Source of the DNA: Oopsacas minuta
Lineage: Eukaryota; Animalia; Porifera
Direction of reading: 5' to 3'
Assembly: GCA_024704765.1 (NCBI GenBank)
Contig: JAKMXF010000363.1
Coordinates: forward strand, 1 to 38,410
DNA length: 38,410 bases
Below the pieces are notes generated by a model. The model saw only the letters and a list, made by a program, of their open reading frames with translations, was not told where the DNA came from and did not search any database. Shown piece after piece: positions 34,216 to 38,410 of this stretch. How positions within the stretch are numbered: position 1 is the first letter of the stretch; each line of letters starts with the position of its first letter. A program made the translations under genes and the position numbers.

Positions 34216-35520
34216 CAGGGTGTCTAATAAGTTCTGTCCTCATAAATCACATCTCAGTGCATAGTTACGTATGAACACACAAGCAGTTTTAGATGCATGA
34301 TTTGTAACATTTTTTCGGCTCTTTCTAACGATATAATAGGCTTCTACGTAATATTATTTAGACTTGTGAAAATAATGGCTGAAAAAATTAGATCAAAATT
34401 ATCGCACTTTTCGAGATAGGTAGCTCAAAAAGGAAATTTTTCAAAAGCTAAAAAATGGAAAGGTTTCACCTAAGCTAATATATCGTAACATAAAACGATA
34501 TAAGGATACTGGAAGCTTGAGTGACAAACCTAGATCCGGTCGTCCAAGGTCTGTAAGGACTCCAGCCTTGAAAAACAAAGTCCGCTGCCGAATTTCTCGG
34601 AATCCCCGGAGATCCATCAGGAAAATGGTCCGTGAGTTATCGGTTAATCATGAAACGATGCGAAAGCTGGTAGTTGAGGATCTAGGGCTTAAGTCTTTTA
34701 AAAGAAAGAAGGTACACCACCTTAACCCGAGTATTCGGACTAAGAGGCTGGCTAGATCGAAAGCACTTCTTCAGGGGTTCGCTCCTGGGGCCCAAGAACA
34801 GATCCTATTCTCAGATGAGAAATTTTCACGAATGAAGAGGCTTGGAACAGACAAAATGATCGGATTCTTGCTACCAGTTCCACAACAATCTCAGAAAACC
34901 TGAAATACATCGATAGAGTGCAGAAGCCAATGTCTGTGATGGTCTGGGGTGGTGTGTCCGCAAATGCACGGACAAATCTGATTTTTGTCCCCCAAGGGGT
35001 CAAAATCAACTCTGCGACATACCAAGAAATGATTTTGGAACAGGAAATCAGTGTAACTAGGCAAAATCTATTTAGAAATAACACTTGGATCTTTCAAAAG
35101 GATTCTGCCCCTGCACATGTATCAAAAGCACTCAAGCTGGTTAAGGGCAAGAAAAATCGAGTTTATTAGCAAAGACGAATGGCCCATCTAGTCCAGATTT
35201 GAACCTGCTCGATTATAGCGTCTGGGCTAATCTGGAGGCAAGGGCCTGTGCTAAACCTCACAAATGTTTGGACTCTCTGAAGCTCTCCCTTCAGCGTGAA
35301 TGGCAGAAAATACCACAAGATGAGCTACGAAATGCAGTAGGGAACTTTAGGACGTGGCTACAGGCTGTAATTTCTCAAAAGGGAGCATATATTGAGTAAA
35401 CATTTTACTAAACAATTTATTACTAAATATTCTATCAGTTTGTAAAATATCAAACAAATTGGTTTAATATAGAAAATATGGCAGGCAAAAATATTGCGAC
35501 AGAACTTATTAGACACCTTG
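34216..35520 (+). mobile_element. full-length maT-type element (1305 bp), decayed transposase
   Basis: 23-bp TIRs CA(G/A)GGTGTCTAATAAGTTCTGTC; TA at 34214-15 and 35521-22. Transposase pieces ~34375-35399: GRPRSVRT, ILFSDEK, VMVWGGVS, IFQKDSAPAH, FISKDEWP..PDLNLLDYSVW. Confidence 0.92.
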
Positions 35521-35548
35521 TATGTTTGATAATTCATATATTTTTGAA

Positions 35549-37221
35549 GGAATACCGACATTTCGTTACAGACAGTTCCTTACACGACATTTCGCAACAT
35601 GACCTTTCGTGACACGACAATTCGCTACTAAGTTGATTAGCAGTGTTAAACACTTAAATGTTGTTATTATAGTTCTATTTCAAACACTCGCATATCACTA
35701 AATATGATCCTACTTTAAGCGCCAGAATTTTGTGTCACCGGTGTCGAATCAAACTTTATCAGTTCGTAATCGAAATAAATAAGAGAATGCTGAATTGTTA
35801 TTCATTATTTGCATCTACATATTCCGCATTACATGGCTACAACAATAATATCAGATAATACTCACCAGCCCTTTAGAGTGATAAATCAAAAAGAGGCGAT
35901 AATAAAATGGTAAAAGGATGGTTTATGGCCACAGAGGAGAGTAGGGGATGTGTTACATTGGCAATGAGAGCAGAGCGGAGAATGCAAAGCTAGGGTTCAT
36001 ACAATGGACTTACAGATTGTTCAGCGTACTAATGAACATCTCCATAAACTACACATGAGCAGGCAGTTACTTGTCAGGATGTAAAATTGCACTAAGAGGA
36101 AGGCGTAAAATATAAGATGGCCTCATTTCATTGTAGGGGACAGTCTCCCCGCCATATCTGAAGGAGTTTCGGTTAAGCTGCCCAAATTAAATAGCCTAAA
36201 GTATACTATTCAAAGTTAGAGGGAGCGAGTACTTTCTGCGCTGGCACAACTTCTCAACTTTGAAGAGGTTATCCTTCCACCAGAATACAAGCAGACGGCA
36301 AAGAGAGAAAGCTAACTTTTTCCATGACTCAGTTCCTGGACCAGAGAGAATTTTATCTTCGGGACGCTGCGAAACATTGATATGGTGGTATTATTTCAGT
36401 ACTGGCTCGCTGATGGGACCTTCAAAACTCCACCTGATCTTTTTAGCTCCAATCGGAATGTAGAACTATCATTTCGAGACTCCATTCGGGCTGGCCAGGA
36501 CGACTAATATTGTTGAAGCATGGCATCGCTCCTTTAATGCAACAGTAGTTGGATGCCATCATCTTACAGTATGGAAATTAATTTGTTCTTTAAAGCGTGA
36601 ACAAGGCCTAGTCGAGGTACGACAAGCAAAGTTTATATCAGGTGCTCAATCACCTAAGCGGGTTAAAACTCAAGGTAATGAACAAGCCTTGAAGGATCTT
36701 ATCCACAGCTACATGTATCGACCTAGGATGGAATTGTTAAGAGGGATTGCGCATCATTTTAACATGGATTCACGCTAAGTCATATACTCATTTATATTAA
36801 GTAGTGACGGCCGAAACCAATATTTTACCGAACCCGAATTTCCCCGAAATACAAGAAACCGAATTTCGGCAACTAATTGCTAGAGAGTAAATGCAATCTA
36901 ATTATAATCATAACAGTTGCACCTCAATTATTTACTTTTCAATTACCTAAATATACATGTAATGTTTTCTAATAAATGAAGTGAACTTTGGGCAAGTTTA
37001 TTTATCACTCTTGATAAGTTTTCTTTGATTGTCTGAGAATTGTTACAATATTAGTATAATTTCGGTGAAGCCACCAAAAATGAATCGAAATTTCGGTCGT
37101 TCACTATTATTAAGTCATAGAATCATCATTTAAACAACATTTAAGTGTTTAAAATTGACCAATCAACTTAATAGTGAATTGTTGTGTATCGAAAGGTCGT
37201 ATAACGAAATGTTGGTATCCC
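35549..37221 (+). mobile_element. Mutator-like element (MULE) with FLYWCH-type N-terminus, internally deleted
   Basis: ~110-bp TIRs starting GG(A/G)ATACC(G/A)ACATTTCGTT. Degenerate 9-bp TSD atttttgaa / attttaaac. Remnant motifs HWQ*..ECKARVHT..NEHLH, WLADGTFKTPPDLF and RTTNIVEAWHRSFN..VWKLI.SLKREQ (~35870-36778). Confidence 0.88.
36802..37106. mobile_element. 305-bp hAT-type MITE (TAG termini) nested in the MULE
   Basis: TIRs TAGTGA-CGGCCGAAA / rc TAGTGAACGACCGAAA. 8-bp TSD atattaag (36794-801) / ttattaag (37107-14). CCGAA/TTCGG repeats inside. Confidence 0.82.
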
Positions 37222-38391
37222 ATTTTAAACGCGTTGTGTATATCCGAACAAAAACATCCCGATCTTGCTGAGGACTTCAACTCAGCAAATCAGGACGCTT
37301 CTATTCAGATTGTCAAATAAGCAAGGTTTTACAATATTTAACTGGTTTGGGCCTAAATACCTCTGGTACAAATCTACTGAGTAGTTTACTGTGTATTACA
37401 TCACTCAGTGCGTAAACAAGCAGGTAAATCTCTTTCAGGTCACATATAGTACAAATTTTATCGGGTTGTCTGACTGCATACGGCCGAAGACCGGTTTGCC
37501 AAGCCTTATCGAGAGTAGAATTCTATAAATATAGCAATATACAGTAGAAGTTAGTTAGTATGTACAAATATTTAAAACGAATTTAGTAAATCTATAAGTA
37601 TCTCTTTGTAGTGCAACCTTGGTTAGTTCTTACACTCGGCTAGTACGTATCAATTTTTCTCTCATGAGGTGGTATGATAAATCCTTCTCACAATGGTCTA
37701 TTGACAGGAAGTAGGACAATATTTTTAACCTCTTCTGATCTACTTAAAACGTTTTATCACGTACAGCATACTTGAGAACCTAGGTAACCATATTCGCAGT
37801 ATAATCAACTCAACAATAAGTATAGTTTAAGAAAATTTGTGGCTTTAAGATGTTCCATAATTCACACCCATATTACTCGTTTAGTGTATATCACGATACG
37901 CTAAGATCTTCACTGGTGTATGATTATAGTTTAGAGCACCATAAAATAGTGGAGTACACTTCAGAGAATTGATTGATTAAAATAAAATTTTCATAAAAAT
38001 AGTATTCACTGGATACCGAACTGAAAACTTACTTGTACAAAGTGCATAAAAAACATAAAGTGTCAACTCTTGTCTTTGTTAGTAGTCCTATTTTACCTAA
38101 AGTTTAACGAAAGAACTTGTTTTTAGTTACTTTCCAGCCTCGCGCAAATGGAAGTATTTCAGTATATAAATATACGCTATCAATAAATACGTACATATAA
38201 ATGCTATTATTGCGCTCATAAGTTGTTCTCAGATAAAAATGAATTATGAATACTCTTGTGTTTACCCCGCAACTAAGGAATCATTATGTGATCCTGTTAG
38301 AGCATATTACAGCGGATACACTATATAAATATACCGTCAGGACGGTGAAAAGTTCTCCGTATATAGTATAAATTCCGAAAATTCCTATATG

Positions 38392-38410
38392 GTGTGTGTG
38401 TGTGTGTGTG
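38392..38410. repeat. (GT)n microsatellite running off the window end
   Basis: Direct reading of the sequence. Confidence 0.95.

Noticed and set aside
1-38410. Uni-strand piRNA-cluster-like transposon trap
   Set aside because: Transposase remnants lie on both strands in mixed order, with no consistent antisense bias.
1-38410. CRISPR array, rRNA, tRNA, prokaryotic operons
   Set aside because: No short regularly spaced identical repeats, conserved RNA motifs or operon-like ORF density were seen.

Overview
This is AT-rich eukaryotic DNA, probably from an invertebrate animal (inference). It is dominated by decayed, often nested cut-and-paste DNA transposons. I see no prokaryotic genes, rRNA/tRNA, CRISPR array or recognisable reverse transcriptase. 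Transposase remnants recognised by catalytic or domain motifs: two Tc1-like DD37E elements, two Tc1 DD34E, two mariner DD34D, three maT DD37D-type plus one N-terminal fragment, a hATm-like element, a SPIN/GTF2IRD2-like hAT, a THAP-domain P element, a Ginger2/KRBA2-type integrase and a FLYWCH-MULE. There are also about 10 MITEs with TIRs and target-site duplications, two long-arm foldback elements and a diverged ~127-bp tandem repeat. The only candidate host coding sequence is one GC-rich, Pro/Ser/Thr-rich minus-strand exon (13248-13571) with good splice signals. All family assignments come from motif recognition by eye, not database searches. I found no convincing new biological system; the most interesting items are rare transposon lineages, nesting events and the lone exon.
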